A stretch of 59,130 nucleotides of DNA, the filler included, from Sphacelaria rigidula (Eukaryota): NCBI GenBank assembly GCA_964200075.2. It is 8 parts of 8 records of this genome, joined end to end, with 100 filler letters (N's around TTAATTAATTAA, not from the genome) between each part and the next. Parts side by side here need not be neighbours in the genome. Positions count along the whole stretch, not along the records: positions 29,618 to 36,921 come from CAXNAA020015531.1; positions 37,022 to 44,324 come from CAXNAA020015532.1; positions 44,425 to 51,727 come from CAXNAA020015533.1; 5 more parts are not named here. The stretch is one strand, 5' to 3'. The notes under the pieces are model-generated. The model did not search any database. It saw only the letters and a program-made list of their open reading frames with translations, and was not told the origin of the DNA. Each line of letters begins with the position of its first letter. The stretch's first letter is position 1. The position numbers were made by a program, and so were the translations under genes. Shown here piece by piece: positions 36,643 through 49,664 of the stretch.

Positions 36643-36719
36643 CTTTTTTTTTTTCCCCTCACACACTTTGAACCCCTCCCCTTCCTCGGGATGAGTCCGT
36701 GGACTCAAGGGATCAAGCC
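36643..36719 (-). mobile_element. A-tailed retroposon 3' fragment (also at about 11255-11312 and 12860-12943)
   Basis: TTGATCCCTTGAGTCCACGGACTCATCCCGAGGAAGGGGAGGGGTTCAAAGTG + A-run, shared among three copies. Confidence 0.7.
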
Positions 36720-36921
36720 CAGGGATGTGTACGGAGGACAATCCGCTCCGCGGTGCGGATTATTTTTTTTCGAAACCTCACGGAGCGGAGCGGAGCGGAG
36801 CGGAGCGGAGCGGATATCCGTATGTGTCCAAAATCACGGATTATGACGGTGCGGATATCCGCCAACGAAAATGTCACGGATTATTGCGGAGCGGATATCC
36901 GCCAACGAAAATATCAAGGTG
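36720..36921 (+). mobile_element. Probable hAT-like MITE left end, truncated by the contig end
   Basis: Starts CAGGGATG; interior (CGGAG)n and repeated GCGGATATCCGC; no right end or TSD visible. Confidence 0.5.
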
Positions 36922-37021
36922 NNNNNNNNNNNNNNNNNNNNNNNNNNNNNNNNNNNNNNNNNNNNTTAATTAATTAANNNNNNNNNNNNNNNNNNNNNNN
37001 NNNNNNNNNNNNNNNNNNNNN
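36922..37021. other. Artificial contig spacer
   Basis: N44-TTAATTAATTAA-N44. Confidence 0.99.
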
Positions 37022-38563
37022 GGGATTCATTCATCATGACTCAACTTATTATACTAAAACCAAGTTATTTCCCGACGAATCATTATTTGTCCTAACCGTG
37101 CAAGGTTTCCATAGCGTGTGGTCATGATCTACGATGAAAAATGCTTGTTCTGTGCATCATCACCCTCACAAAGGTACCGTTTTGACCCAAATAGGAAAAC
37201 ATAGTCTGCATCTTGTTGTCAGAGGAAAAACGAAGGCAAACGATGAGAACTTTGCCGATACAGACAGGGTAAGTGAGCGGTAGGTACGAGAGTAGCGGAG
37301 ATAACCCAGGGTCCAAGTTACCGTGCAGCGTGGTTAGCGAGAGGGTTCACTCGTCCTGAAATCGCGTGCGACACTGCTCGTTTATAGCTCCGCAAGTTGG
37401 GGCACCATAGTATCACCAGTCGAGTGAGCTTAAATCGTCAAAACCCTGACCGTCTCGACAATAACAAAGGCGGTTCGACGATGGTTCGTTGATGGTTTGA
37501 TCGTCGGTAAAATCACGAAGGTGTTGATGTTCCTGCGTCTGCTTAGAGAAGTGTGCCCACACGATTCCAGGCAAAGGCGGGTATGTATGGAGGTGAACCT
37601 AACGTGAGCTCTTGGGTGCCAGACTTTTTTCCAGAGTATTTTCCCCGGCTGACTCTGTGAACACTAGTAATTGCTACGCTGTAACTGAGCATCAGCTCCT
37701 TGTCACTTGTGATCCATCACCTCCGAGGTCAAAATCCAACACTAGCGTGTGTTGCGAGGGACCCAGCCACTGAGCTTTTTATATTACCGAACCGAAGCAG
37801 TTGTTTTTCACAAAATTTTGGCGGCATAATAAGGGTTGATCTCATATTAAGCGATGTAGCTAGGGGCGGGGAGCGTTTGGATATTTTTCCAGGTCTTGAG
37901 CGTAATTTGAGCACAGTATATCTCTTGCTCTCGATGTGTCAATGCCACGGCTCTTTCGAGAAGATCGGTTCTAAATGGGTCAAATGATGGGGACCTCTTC
38001 GGCAAGGGGGAGACGTAGCTGTCCCGTAACTAACTCAAAAGTATGGGGGATGAGTCTGACTAGTGTGACGGGAGTCGCGTCGTAAATTTGGCTCCAATCA
38101 CAACGACTGACTGCAAAGAAATGGGAGCGAGTTCAAGTCTTCCCGAGGCTTGTCTTGACTATCGGGCGAGAAGAAGATGTTACAATGGTTTACTTTGGTA
38201 CTACTTGTACCCACAATTCAATATTCAAGATACATTTTACAATACTCCGCGTCGAGTAGTCTCGCAAGTGCGATGTTCGTTAGATGAGTGTTGCTTGCGC
38301 TGACGACACGAACACCATCCCTGAGCAGGCAGCACAACACATTCGACTCGAACGTCTAAGACCTACTACACTTCACAGCAGAGCCCCTGTCGAACATGTC
38401 CAAACACCCGCTGTGCAATCGCGCTACACCCGGCACTAGCTCTTGCTCATCCACGTACAGCAGTCAAAGTCTCACCGGCGCGTTCATTTGTGATGGGGGA
38501 ACAGCCACGTGCGTGCCTAGAAAGTTGTACATTCTCGACGACATATTATGGGCAAGATACACA

Positions 38564-40115
38564 AGTGGGTTGACCCACGCCCTTTTCAGCTAAGAAGAGT
38601 CTTGCCAAAACACAGGTACGGGCTCTGTCCGTCTTCCTCTGAAATCGATCGAGATTCAATCCTGACGCAATGGCAAATCGACCACGACCTAGGCAGAGCA
38701 CGGGAGTCGACTTCCCCGAACTGTAGGGCGCGCCTGCGGACCAAACTGTGCCGCGGGCAACAAGGGCTGCGCAGCAGGTCTTCTTTAGTCCGAGAACGGG
38801 GTGGGACTACCCACCACCATCTACAATTTTAATCCCAAACCCTCTTTTTCCTATGGCTCGACCCCTTTTTTCCAAAGTAGACCCTGTGGTGACCACTCTC
38901 CGCCTCTAAACACACATACACACAGACGAAAACCCTCCGCACTACCGCACGGCAGAACACGAAAGGACCTAGGGCATATCCGCCGCATCTTTCCGCGGCC
39001 TGGAGAAATTCCCCGCACACAATCTAGACCCCATAGGGTTGTCTAGCTAGTCGCTACCTCGCGGAACAACAACAAATGAGGTCGATGATGAGCTGTCACA
39101 TGTCATTGTTCTGCAACAGTTGGAGAGACCCCACGCAACCCCAAAACTGGTCTATGATAAGAGCGCTAGCCGAAGGAGACCTACTCGAAGATCCGTCTCG
39201 TATGTGCATTCTGTGTGTAGCTGCAGGTGGATAGGTCTGTTGGGTCCGCGACCCGTTATGTTGTTTGGACAGTGCCCACGGTCGTTGTGCTGCCCTACGA
39301 GCGTTGTCGTTGCCAAACCGTCGCGTTATCTGAGAAAGTCAAAAGTTGGAAGTCATTGATTGGCTGAACCCGACAAAGAAGCTGCTCTTGTGTGATCTGT
39401 CGGGGAAAGTAGCAGCGGTCCGAAACTGTTCGAGAAATGGTCTGAAAAAAAAGTCAAGCTCTCCGTCCAGAGTAGCCACGCCCCCTGTAGCATTCTTTCG
39501 CCATATTCCTTGACGGCGCCACCCGTTGGGTTCCGTTGGGGTCTCTGCACTCTCTCCAACTGTTGCAGAACAATGACATGTGAGAGCTCATCGTCGACCT
39601 CATTTGTTGTTGTTCTGCGAGGTAGCGACCAGCTAGACAACCCAATGGGGTCTGGATTGTGTGCGGGGAATTTCTCCAGGCCGCGGAAAGATGCGGCAGA
39701 TATGCCCTAGGTCCTTTCGTGTTCTGCCGTGCGGTAGTGCGGAGGGTTTTCGTCTGTGTGTATGTGTGTTTAGAGGCGGAGAGTGGTCACCACAGGGTCT
39801 ACTTTGGAAAAAAGGGGTCAAGCCATGGGAAAAAGAGGGTTTGGGATTAAAATTGTAGATGGTGGTGGGTAGTCCCACCCCGTTCTCGGACTAAAGAAGA
39901 CCTGCTGCGCAGCCCTTGTTGCCCACGGCACAGTTTGGTCCCCAAGCGCGCCCTACAGTTCGGGGAAGTCGACTCCCGTGCTCTGCCTACGTCGTGGTCG
40001 ACTGGCCATTGCGTCAGGATTGAATCTCGATCGATTTTAGAGGAGGACAGACAGAGCCCGTATCTGTGTTTTGGCAAGACTCTTCTTAGCTGAAAAGGGC
40101 GTGGGTCGACCCACT
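38564..40115. repeat. Long inverted repeat: arms 38564-39143 and 39526-40115 around a spacer of about 380 bp
   Basis: The arms are near-identical reverse complements; mirrored ORF-track peptides 38548/39847 and 38801/39633 confirm this. Confidence 0.96.
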
Positions 40116-41832
40116 GTTGTCTATTGGTCACATTATATATTTTCAATGCATATTGGATGAAAGTATTCGAAAGCATCAAGGTATTGCTACCAAAAACTAT
40201 ATTTTACGCATCCCACCCTGAACATTGCTCAACGTTTATGTTTATGCGAATAGACTCCAAATGTATTACCTGGTTAATACAGCCTATCTATTGGACAACA
40301 ACGTAGTGTCTGATCAATATCTGTCCAACTAAGATTACGTTTGAACGCTCCCGTGCAAGCGGGACAATCAGACCTACTCTTGAAACAGTACACTCCACAA
40401 ACCCCTTCAGCTCCACGTCACCCTGCGACATTTTTCATTTTCCAAAGCTTGATGATATGGTGCAATGTTTTCCCAGCAGCGTTCACCTCCGACGTAGGCG
40501 AGATTCGACCTTCGACCCAACCTGTCAGTGCCTGACAGTATGCGCGTAATAGGCAATACGCAGAGCCCTGATGGTGGATCTGACACTTTGATTCTGAAGA
40601 ACGAAAATTTCTTCTGAACACAAGACATCAAAACACAAGAAGAGCGTCTCTGTTTCCTTTGGGCTAGAGTTCTATTTCGACCATGTGACTGTAATGCGCA
40701 AAACACACTGATTGATTGGTTGATTATCTCATATTAGCTGATTGCAACAATCCAGCCCGTGGTCAGGAGCAGCAAAAAGTAGAACAGAATACTAAAAAAA
40801 ATACAAAAAAGAAGGAAAGGAACAGAAAAACGACAGAAGCAACGGCCTCCGAAAGGAAATAATGATAACGTGAGGTTGATCAGATAGTGCAGTGATTTTC
40901 CATCACCGTTCACCTGTTTGTTGTTGCCTGTTGTCTGCGTTACGCACGGCGCTTTTTTAGTCGGCCTTTCTGTGCCCCTTAAATTCGATTTCCCGGGGTT
41001 CGGGGTCCGGTGAATTAAACAGCCGATTTGCCGCGGTTCGGAATTTTTCGGAGCCGAATTTCATTGTCTCTGTCCGATCAACAACATTCAGTGTGTTTCA
41101 TCCATCATTGCGCGCTCTTGAAGTTCGCGTTCTTAAACACAATATCATGCCACACCCATGCCGGATCTTCCTCTTCTACTCATCACATATAACGCAGTTT
41201 TATAACCGATACAAAGATCGAATCTCTGGCTCAACCTCTTGGTACGAGTCATTACCTTTACCACCCCCCAAATTAAATCAATGCCTTTCCACGCCTGTCG
41301 CGGCGGCCTCATCCGATCCTTGCATTTTTATAAAAATATAATGAACCACAAGAGCAACCACATGTTGCTAGACAAATATATATTGGACCGAGTGGGCCCG
41401 ACTCCCAAAAAAGTATCGATATCAGCGTGATTTTGTGTTCCACCGCACTTTTCCGATCGTGAAATGATTTGCGAAGACACGGCCTTAGCGTCGGTCGCTA
41501 CGGTCCAAAATCTCATACAAGTCGCACGTGATGCCGCGATAGCCGCCCTCCCAAACCTACCACCAAGAAAATGATCATACAGCGCATAATTAGTGGTTTC
41601 AGACAGCACGAAGCGCCTCACATGAGCGACATTAGCGAAAACGATCACAAACGTGGGGATTCCCAGCTGCTCGGTGTGCTCAGCTTTTCTCATCTCGATT
41701 TACATGATGGATTTTACCTCCTCAAGCCAGCCACTTCCCTGGAGGAGGGGGGGGGGGGGGGGGGGGGGTTAGGGCGCGGTCTTTTGGGGGGGGGGGGGGG
41801 GGGGGGGGGGAGTGGGCAGACGGCGACCAGGA

Positions 41833-41842
41833 NNNNNNNNNN
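41833..41842. other. Internal 10-N scaffold gap in a poly-G region
   Basis: 10 N flanked by G-runs. Confidence 0.95.
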
Positions 41843-42177
41843 AATGCTAAAGCTGAGGGAGTCTCTGCGGTCCGGGCCACCACTAGGGCGGCGAGGGGTG
41901 GGGGGGGGGTTGATGGGGGGCTATCGTGGCATTGTTCTCAGAGCGTTGTAGCGGCTGGTGTTGAGTCGAAACTGCGAGCTCGAAATCAAGTTCGCATTTC
42001 AATGGGTGACGGCGCAGACCAGAAATATTACATGGCGTCTCTGGACACGGTAGATCCGAGTGTGGCTTGTCAACACTACCACCGAGTGTCTATTAAACCA
42101 TCAGATTTGGTTCAGGATTGAAGGTAAGTGTTATTCAGATGAACACCTGATATTCAGTATCTTGCCCCCTTGATGTT

Positions 42178-42593
42178 GATACCGGGTAAAGACCCCGTTT
42201 ATCAGGAGGGTGTTATTGAGCGTAAATGGTCCAAGGAACATAGTTTTTCCTGCTTGAGTGCAGTGACTAGGTGAAATTAAAAAAAAACAATCATCTTTGG
42301 GTCTTCATTCACATGATCCGGATCGAGTCGGTCCACCTAAAATTCCGAAAAACTAGAGCCTGAGGTCGTATTTTCGCAGGACCCCCGAAGATCGGTCAAG
42401 CCCGTAAGTCACTCATTATTGATCGCAGATTGCTTATCTTTCAATCTTTGTCAAGAGGTATAAAATATCTCCGGATGCCCATCTTTCAGCATCCAACAAT
42501 CACTGTGATGAGTGGTGGCAAGCAATATAAATTTGGACAATCTTTGAGAAACTAGGAAATTACGAATTCTGCATACTTCTGACGCTGACTACT
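42178..42593 (-). repeat. Inverse copy of the 30191-30605 repeat
   Basis: Reverse-complement colinearity. Confidence 0.85.
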
Positions 42594-44324
42594 GTAACGG
42601 TAGCGTCATGAATCGGGCAAAAATAATTTGTGTTCGACCATGGAATTTGTGGACCAGTTTGCGACAACAGCCCCCTTTTCTTCAGTGGTCGAAGGGCCAC
42701 AGCATCGTACATCACGGGCGCAGGAAACAGTACTGTAACCGTTGCCAGTGCTGTGTACTCGAAGCCCTTTCTTTTTTTTTGCTGCTCACTGTGTTACGGT
42801 CAACGCAATCCCCCCTTTCCCCGCTCTCACATCCTCATGGGAAAATAAAATCCAGTTGTGGTAGCATGGTGGCGCATGAATGGCACGGGGGTAACGATGG
42901 TCAAGGCCTGGAAGCGCCTTCAAAAATATTGCTATTGTTTAATGATTGTTGGGCCCCAATTCGTGGCTACCACCCGTCCGAAATCTCCTCTCAAAATGAA
43001 ACTAAATATACGGCACATGCACTCATACTACCGTGCATCAGATGTAACTTACGTTTATCACCAATTTGGTGATAAACGTAAGCCCAACTTACTATACGTC
43101 GGTCCCGTACTGTACTGTATGCACCGTACTGGCACCGTACTGCAATGTAACCTAAACCGATCTTCTACAGCAGCTGCTGTGCTGGCTACAGGGCATGATC
43201 GCTTTCACAGGAAGCAACGAACGAGCGCTGTCTGACTGACTGGAAACACTAGACAGAAGGCTGCGTAGCATCTACCGATACTGTGTTCACACGAGAGTTT
43301 GACAGTCGATCAAACACCATTTCGCTGTAGTCGCATTGACTACTATCGTGTGCGCTCTATGTGCTGTGCAATACTACACTGATCACAAGGATGCTCACAC
43401 AATACCATCGTAATATCTCAACTCCCTTCTTTACACCAACGAACGACGGTTTCCGGCTCTTCAATGTTGAACAGCACACCGCAGGCCGAGTCTAGACCCT
43501 ATCCAGTCCTCAACATGCCCCAAGCGACGCTGCCCACCCTTGTTATATAGCCACCCAAGAAAGCACTTACAACTTCGGAGAGCCACCTAGTGCCCTGTGT
43601 CAGCCTGAAGATGCTACAATGTTCGGCCCAACGCGACTTTTGTTCCCGCGGCGAAGCTTCGAGCCGAAGGGGGAATGTTCCTCTAATAAGGCACATCAAC
43701 GATCGTCAGACCACGTTTTTGAGATTTTAGAGGTTTACCAGTGCGCTGCGTGGAAAGGATTTCGGGATCCGCAGGCTCCAAGATCGAAACATTTGAGTTT
43801 TTGAGCGTTGGGGGGAGGACACCCAGCCTCCTGTCCCCTAGTTTATTGCCGTGGTGTTGGCGGATGCGCTCGACTGCCGTGTACAGAGATCCTTGGCATG
43901 GAGACCAATGAGATGGCGGACACGTCGCCCTCCCCAAGCCTATCACTCACCATATGTTCACTTATGGAATCGTTTTCTGTGTCGTATGCCTCGAGTACGT
44001 ACCAGTGGTCCGGGCAAGTCTGGCGAGGCGTGAGATATTGTTGCTACTTTGGCTACAGGCTATGGAGCAGAAGCAATTATACAAAGCCCGCAAAGCCCAC
44101 CAGACTTTTCGTGTTTTCCAGTGTTCATTGATGAATTTCTTGTAACCAAATTAGACAAAACATGAAGAAAATAATGACGAATTTCGGTACGTCCATCATG
44201 CGAACCCATATTTTGTTTTGCCGCACCGAAACGGGGGAAGGGAAGATTACAAGGGTCGTACAAATAATGATTCGTCTGGAAATTACTTGGTTTGAGTATC
44301 ATGAGTCGACTCGTGACGAATCAA

Positions 44325-44424
44325 NNNNNNNNNNNNNNNNNNNNNNNNNNNNNNNNNNNNNNNNNNNNTTAATTAATTAANNNNNNNNNNNNNNNNNNNN
44401 NNNNNNNNNNNNNNNNNNNNNNNN
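44325..44424. other. Artificial contig spacer
   Basis: N44-TTAATTAATTAA-N44. Confidence 0.99.
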
Positions 44425-47121
44425 CCTACTCCTAATAGAGACACCTCCAACATTCTGGCGCTCATTACGTTCCTTCCGTAGCTCATTACGTTTCTTCCAT
44501 GCATTACACCAGACCACCGTGGCTGGGGGGGGGGGGGGGAAGGGTGTCTGTCCGCAGAGCAGCCGTCAAGCTCACCAAATGACCTGTGTGTGTATCGAAG
44601 CTTCCCGCGGAAAATTCCAAACAAGAAACGAGGCCCGAGAGGCGCGAAATGAACAATCTGGCCAACAAAACACAGGACGTAGTTCTCTGTCACGTGGACA
44701 ATAGGTGGACTGCTTCGCTGTCTACCGGTATTTCTCATTTTGGTTGTAGCAATTCAACGATAGGTTACATAGGCACAAACAAATTGTTTTGTACTGCTCG
44801 AGGTCCGTGCCGCCTGTGTGCCACCTCGTGTGTTGCCACCATAGCTTCATACTCTTTGTAGTGTTGGTGTTGAGCACCAAGCGGAGGCGTCAGCAGCATG
44901 CAGTGAGTTGTGTTCAGCGGAAAGCGTTGGCACGCTAACTATTTCTTGCGCCGTTGTATTCACGGAGACATACCGCACACATCGGACTCTGTACGTTATT
45001 GACTGCACGGTCGAAACCGGTCAGGGGTTTTCCGTAACTATTGTATTTTTATATGGATGCCCAGCATCTGCATGATGATGAAAAAAGGCGTTTTGTGTAG
45101 CGAGAAAGAGCTGTTCTGAACCCCAAATGCGGCACGGTCCTCCTCAGTCCACCTGTGGGGGGGTCGCTCTCCAAGGATTAATCCTTCGGAAACCCTCCCC
45201 TTCCGTCCCCGGCCCAGACGCCTCACTTTCTTGAGCGCTGACGAAGAAGAAAAAATGGGAAAAAGAATATATATTGACAACGAACGTTTTGACGCGGAAG
45301 GCCACAGAAGAATCCACCGACATACGCCATTCTCGCACCAAAAATGTCTCCGAGGTGCGGTCGGATTAGTTTCATCGAATGAGGGGACGCAACGGCTCAA
45401 GTACGCCCAACTTTGTGCACACGACAAAAACCAGCACCGCGGCCTCTGAATTTCAGACAACAAAAATCAGCACCACCTGTTCATTTTGTATATTTTGAGT
45501 CCAGTGTTGCACTGCGGCACATGTTTATATATAGGTGACGCACCCCACCGGGGTATTGTTGTGCTGCAGTGGGGAGGTCGTACCCGCCCAGAACTTGGCA
45601 AGCATGCTACGCCACATCACAGAAACATGGTAGTATGGCCGACCACACAGAAATCAGAGTGAGGTGGGATTGAGGTGCTATACAGTATTTAGTATTTACA
45701 CGATTTACCGCCAGTTGGGAACGGTCGCGGGTCTGAAAAACACGCCTTGGGCACAATAGTGATGCTTGGTAGCTGCAAACAGTCAACCATAATACAGTAT
45801 ACTTCGTATGTTAAAAAAACAGCACCTCGGAATCAGCACTTTTTCCATTGCCGGTACCGAAAGGGTTAAAAGCTTCGGCCCTAGCTTGCCGTGCTGATGT
45901 GGAACCATCTCTACCAAGGATGCCCGTCCCTCTAGTCTCAGTGATGTTTACGCCCTGAACCATGAACGTTTCTGATGGACGCCGCGGATTATGATTTTAT
46001 CTTTGTACTGTAAAATTCTTCACTGTTGAAGAAAAAACACTGCAAGTAGCCAAGTGTTGCACTGTGTTCGTGTCGGTAGAGGGCTGAGATGAAGTAGAAA
46101 AATCTCAGACTACATCGATTCGCGATGCTGTCACCAACTGATGGGTCGCACCACACCCGTCTTCCGGATCTCATAAACCTCGACTTCAATCCAGACACCA
46201 TTATTGCCACTACATCGTGGATGCACTTGCCCTTGTACCTTACTGCTTCTCCCACACTGAACTGACTCACTGGGTTCATCACACAGGCAATCTTGCATGT
46301 CAATGTGTTCTGAAATGGCTTCTAGATACTACAACCACTATAAACAACTGGGAAAATTCTTCCCGCTTGCACAAAACATCGATTCTTCCCCAACACAGAA
46401 TCGAGCCTTTTCGGTGTGAAGAATGGTCCCAACTACTGTACTACTGTACTACTGTACTGTGCTACTGTACCACTGTAGGTGATTTTTGCAGTACAACAAC
46501 AGTTCCAGTATTTCACTATTTGAACCCACTCCATTTGGTTGCTACGTGAAGAACAAAACTACTAGCATCTGCGATGCACGCAATGACTACTGCGGAACGC
46601 ACCTGCTGAGTAGAGTACAGGCTGAATGAGCAACATCGCCTGCCCGCCTCATCTCTCCCAAGTCGGCCTCCAACGGGACAAACGGTGGCCTTGCCATTGC
46701 TGCCGCCGAGCGTTGCGCGCATCGTACACGTAGCAGTTGTTGATGAGGCCGATAGGCACGGGAAAAGTTGCAGAGCAGCAGCTACCGAAGGCAGAGATGG
46801 GGTGACAACGAAGGTACTAGTTGATGATGGCGAGAGGGGAGCACTGCTGTATGTTGGAAACAGGGACATGGTAACCTGCAAAAGCAGGGCAGTTGAATCG
46901 ATTGACATGATCGTGTGCTTGCCGTGCGACATATACTCTTCAACTATGATTGTCATACCTCATTTGCTGGTACCTGCTGTGAATTTAAGCGTACATACCT
47001 CCACCGATTCGTATCCGTGAGCCAGGACGAGGTATCTTTGGTTTGGAATATGAACCACGGGATCAACGGGAGTGGCGCGACGAGGATTACAGGAGGCGTC
47101 GTGCGGACGCTCTAGTCGTGA

Positions 47122-47243
47122 ATGATGGAGGTAGATGTACATGCCGCAGCCTTGAAAGGAGATGTGAGCGAGGTGCAACGTTATCTCGAGGCCGGTGGCG
47201 AGTCCAACTTGCTCAATGATGCTGGGATAACCCCGTTGCACAG
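47122..47243 (+). CDS. Ankyrin-repeat protein, first coding exon (MMEVDVHAAALKGDVSEVQRYLEAGGESNLLNDAGITPLH)
   Basis: Ankyrin consensus (HxAAxxG...GxTPLH); in-frame TGA directly before the ATG; phase-2 GTGGGT donor. Confidence 0.88.
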
Positions 47244-48714
47244 GTGGGTGGATATGTGCATGTGACAGCCAGCATCACAACCGTGGGACAACGCGACGGT
47301 TCTCCAACAAGGCAGAGCTATTATAGTCACGTTGAAAAAACTGTACTGTGCAGTGTAGTACGTCGAGTTGATAGTACCCCGCGGCACCGGGATCAGGCGG
47401 TATACTGCCATTGGCATTGTTGCGTTGCAAGGAGACAATCCAAGTGCGGTGTCGTAGATAATCATGCCCATCACTGGCTTTCATTGCGTCGTACTGAGCA
47501 GACAAGCCGAGACGTACGGTGGAGCACGCGTCCATCGTACACAGCAATAGATGGAGCGTTCCCACTGCGAATGGACCTCATTCCAGAGCACGTGCTGCAG
47601 TATAAGCTAGGGTTAGGGTCGGGGTTGATACCTCGTCTACTGATGTTCAATTTAGAACCGAGCACCCGTCTGTCTGTCATGCGCAGCCTTGCGTTACCAT
47701 GCCATCACCGTTCCTTACATGGATACCCCTTTGATACGAGTACAGTTCATGCGGTATCTAAAATATCGTTGGGATATCCACGCCCCCTACATACGCATTT
47801 GGAACGTCCACAGCCACTTGGGACACTCATCCGCGATAATTGTCGAGGATCCTCATCCTGGGTCTTTATCCGGAACGCCCGTCTGTGCGTACACGGCACA
47901 TCGCTTTGTTGGCGCGTGATGGCAAAAATATGTTTCAGCGTACATTGCAGTGCTCCAGCATTGGATTCCAGACCAGTTGCATGGTCTACAAGCGCACACG
48001 CTGTCTAAGGATTTAGCTAAGAGTTAGGGCTTCGCTTGGATCTCCTGGGTTGTTAAGGTTAATCTTCATCTAGAAGATATGAGCAGACGTGGCCAGCTGG
48101 CCTCAGCACTAGGGGCGTTCCAGATGAATGCCCATGCCCCACATGGGCGACGCCAATGGGAGTATCCCGGGTCCAGGGTGACATACGACGTGAACGTACA
48201 TGGTCCCTCGGCTGCTCTAGGTGGATACCCCGGATGAAATTCACAGATGGATATCTGTATCCCAGACGAGTTTCTAATGTGGGTATTCATGTCCCAAAAA
48301 AGTATTCGCATCCCAGATGGATATCAGCCGGTAAGGTGGACGTTCGTATCGAGATGGGTGTGTGATACGGACTTCCATGTCCCAGTGGATGTCCATTTGG
48401 TGTATCCCATGTGAAGATGCACAATCTCCTGAGAGTTTGCCCATGACGGATGCTTCAAATGGATACCGATGTCTATAGATGATAATTGGGCGACACTACA
48501 GAGCTCTCCCTTCGTATGAACGTTCGATGAAGTTGTGATTGCAAAGTGTTCGTCGGTCAACTCATGCATTTTACCACGTCTTCGAAATAGTCGTGGCTAA
48601 TGCAGCCGTCCCAGAGCGTCCACGATATAATCCATGAATCATTCGAGTGGGTGATCACGTCGTACGAGTTATCGCACGTGTGAAACCGTGCTGTCGAAAT
48701 TTCGCATTTTTCAG

Positions 48715-48888
48715 TGCTGCCGTCCAGGGACAGGCTGCAGTTATTCAAGCTCTGGTGGCCGCAGGCGCGGACACAGACCTAAACGTTAGCAGGGACAACC
48801 AAGGGGGAAAGAGCCACGATGCGTCACCGCTGCTACTGGCCGTCGTAAACGGCCATCTTGAAGCTGCACGAGCTCTCTTGGAAGCAGG
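48715..48888 (+). CDS. Ankyrin-repeat protein, exon 2 (AAVQGQAAVIQALVAAGAD...SPLLLAVVNGHLEAARALLEAG)
   Basis: Ankyrin consensus; TTTTCAG and GTGGGT splice sites; phases fit. Confidence 0.92.
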
Positions 48889-49036
48889 GTGGGTCAGTCA
48901 CCGTAATCGTGGCAATATATGTTGTTGCATGCAGCGATTAGGCAGCACATTTCACAATCTCCATGCTAGGCAGTGGAGTATTCGTACGCTGACGTATCAA
49001 CTGTTGCTCGTTTGCAAGAAACTGTCGCGTTGCCCT

Positions 49037-49295
49037 GAGTGATGCTACGGTAGGGGTACACAAATATTTTTTGAGCTTAGAATTGTTAGGAGCCCTTTAT
49101 CTCATCCAAAAGACGACTTATGAAAATATGCGAGAGTACGCCAGGGTTGTTTTTCCAATGTGCGGGGGATATATCCCGAATAAATCTGCAAATGAGGATG
49201 CCCTGACCCATATTCTTGTGAGTCTAGAATAGTTAAGAGCCCCTGAACCAGGCAAAATTTCGCGAAAAAAGTGCACCCCTACTGTAGCAGTGCTC
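49037..49295. mobile_element. Sola-like MITE in an ankyrin gene intron
   Basis: GAGTGATGCTACGGTAGGGGT ... ACCCCTACTGTAGCAGTGCTC; perfect 4-bp TSD CCCT. Confidence 0.9.
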
Positions 49296-49512
49296 CCCTG
49301 TTGACACCTGGTTCTCTTTCTTTATTTGCAGTCCGTACTGTGTAGACCGGCGTTGAGAATAGATGGGACGACAGCACGAGAAAAGAGTACAAACTATCGC
49401 AGCGTGGGCATCTGCAGCCCTCCTCTACCAGTGCTCATTCGGAACAACTACCAGACGGAAACAGACGTCGTCATTCGCCTATCGTCTGCCCTTGCTGACA
49501 TCACACTAGCAG

Positions 49513-49664
49513 GGCAGAGGTCGGCGCGAAGAACAGCAAGGGCTTGACCCCGTTGCACGTGTGCTGTCTCAAACCGAATGAGGCCATGGCGAGGTTGTTG
49601 CTCCTATGGGGAGCTGACACGAACGCCCGGGATCGCAAAAAGCGAACGCCGGAGCAGCTCATAG
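49513..49664 (+). CDS. Ankyrin-repeat protein, exon 3 (AEVGAKNSKGLTPLHVCCLKPNEAMARLLLLWGADTNARDRKKRTPEQLI)
   Basis: Ankyrin consensus; CAG and GTGCAG splice sites; phases fit. Confidence 0.9.

Noticed and set aside
37560..38025. Chromodomain and polypurine tract of a Gypsy element
   Set aside because: Only a vague YGG...SWVP resemblance and a short purine run; no integrase or RT motifs
37022..44324. Contig 6 as one element with terminal inverted repeats (Polinton- or virus-like)
   Set aside because: The end motifs are diverged and also occur at about 16050-16140; the interior has no polymerase, integrase or capsid ORF; assembly breaks at a repeat explain it
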